DNA of 37,546 bases from Octopus sinensis (lineage: Eukaryota). Of this stretch, positions 35,927 through 37,546 are shown in pieces. The notes beneath the pieces are model-generated. The model made no database searches. It saw nothing but the letters and a program-made list of their open reading frames with translations, and had not been told where the DNA came from. Positions within the stretch are counted from its first letter, which is position 1. Each line of letters opens with the position of its first letter. The DNA is taken from positions 1-37,546 of the forward strand of contig NW_021824672.1 of NCBI RefSeq assembly GCF_006345805.1, read 5' to 3'. A program made the position numbers and the translations under genes.

Positions 35927-36478
35927 AGTTTCCACTCAAGGCACAAGGCCCGAAATTTTTTTGTTGGGCGGGGGGAGTCAATTTGGTCGACCCCAGTACG
36001 CAACTGGTACTTAATTTATCAGCCCCGAAAGGATGAAAGGCAAAGTCAACCTCAGAGGAATTTGAACTCAGAACGTAGTGACGGGCGAAATACCTATTTC
36101 TTTACTACCCACAAGGGGCTAAACACAGAGAGAACAAACAAGGACAGACAAACGGATTAAGTCCATTACATCGACCCCAGTGGATGAAAGGCAAAGTCGA
36201 CTTCGGCGGAATTTGAACTCAGAACGTAACGGCAGACGAAATACCTATTTCTTTATTACCCACAAGGGGCTAAACACAGAGGGGACAAACAAGGACAGAC
36301 ATAGGTATTAAGTCGATTACATCGACCCCAGTGCGTAACTGGTACTTAATTTATCGACCCCGAAAGGATGAAAGGCAAAGTCGACCTCGGCGGAATTTGA
36401 TCTCCCAACGTAACGGCAGACGAAATACGGCTACGCATTTCGCCCGGCGTGCTAATGTTTCTGCCAGCTCACCGCCTT
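35927..36478 (-). mobile_element. SINE family B, three units with an internal deletion
   Basis: 14-bp TSD tctcttactatatt at 35913-35926 and 36479-36492. Confidence 0.9.
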
Positions 36479-37516
36479 TCTCTTACTATATTCTCATCAT
36501 CGTACAGTGAGTGGTTGTGCTAATCAGTGGAACGACCATAATAAAAACAGACAAGAGGCGATAAGCAGTGATGTGCTTAAATATAAACTTATAACCAGTT
36601 CAAATATGATTGAGACATATTTGTACCCGCAAGAAAGCCAGTCCTCCTATTTTTGTTATGGAAAAAACAGAGGGAAAACGTAAAGCCTAAAAGTATTATG
36701 CTTTTTGCCTTTTTTTGTGGTATTTATTTCGTACCGAGTTAGAGACACTCCCTTGTCATTTTTGTTATCAAAAATTAAGTAAACGAAGAATTGGTGTTTG
36801 AAACACACCAAGTCATTTCGAAGCGACTACCCGGACTGATTTATTACATTAAAATAAAAACAAAGCAAATTTCTCACTTGTATATTTGCTATTGCTTTTC
36901 TTAACTTTTATTAGCATAATTATATTTTTTTTCTATCGGAAATCTATCTCTGCGAAATTTCATTAAAAAAAGATTTTTTTTCAGTAAGTTATCATTGCCT
37001 GCCACCAAGCCTCGTATGTGCTCGCATTCTGCATCTCTTGTATTAATCGTCTCTGGATTTCTCTTTTATTCTCCTTACCCCTGTCTCTAAATGATTTCAA
37101 GCGTTACTGGAGAAACAAACCAACCAACTAACCAATATTTCTATCAGCTGTTTTCATATAAAAATGAGGTGTATTAGTATTTATGGATGTTGGAGGGATG
37201 TTTTATATATATATTTTACCGAAGTGTATCGACGAAGGATGTAAACACCGTTAAGAAAACAGAGGAAAAAAAGAAAACCCTAAAACTAAGATGCTTGCTG
37301 CCGCTGTTTTATATTCTTTTGATATTTATTCTGTACCGAGTGAAAGACACTCCCTTGTCATTTTTGTCATTTTTGTCATCAGAAATGCAGTAAACGAAGA
37401 ATTGGTCTTTGAAAGTCAGCATTAATCAAGGAAACTGTAGTTTACCACTTGAGATGTATGGAACAATACCCGAAACGGGAATCAAAACTGTATCGCAAGC
37501 ACTACTTTACAATGTA

Positions 37517-37546
37517 CGAGGGGTGTATGAAAAGTTTCGAGCCTTC
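37517..37546 (+). mobile_element. Start of a mariner-type TIR, cut by the window edge
   Basis: TA|cgaggggtgtatgaaaagtttc, similar to the termini at 16699 and 35730. Confidence 0.55.

Overview
AT-rich, microsatellite-saturated animal genomic DNA. The SINE and repeat repertoire resembles what I recall from Octopus/coleoid cephalopods (inference, not a database result). The window holds the 3' part of one unidentified minus-strand gene. It has three phase-0 exons (24053-23997, 23619-23017, 5355-4177) encoding a disordered S/T/N/G-rich protein, with a single in-frame TGA three bases before the best donor of the middle exon. The rest is mostly intron packed with three tRNA-type SINE families, mariner/Tc1, hAT and piggyBac-like MITEs, and R4/Dong-like and Penelope-like (PLE) fragments. 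Most notable are a dispersed set of minimal type-I hammerhead-ribozyme motifs (two with intact cores, both on the gene's sense strand), the exon-end stop codon, and several long fold-back structures. Most entries in the ORF track are microsatellite or SINE artefacts.
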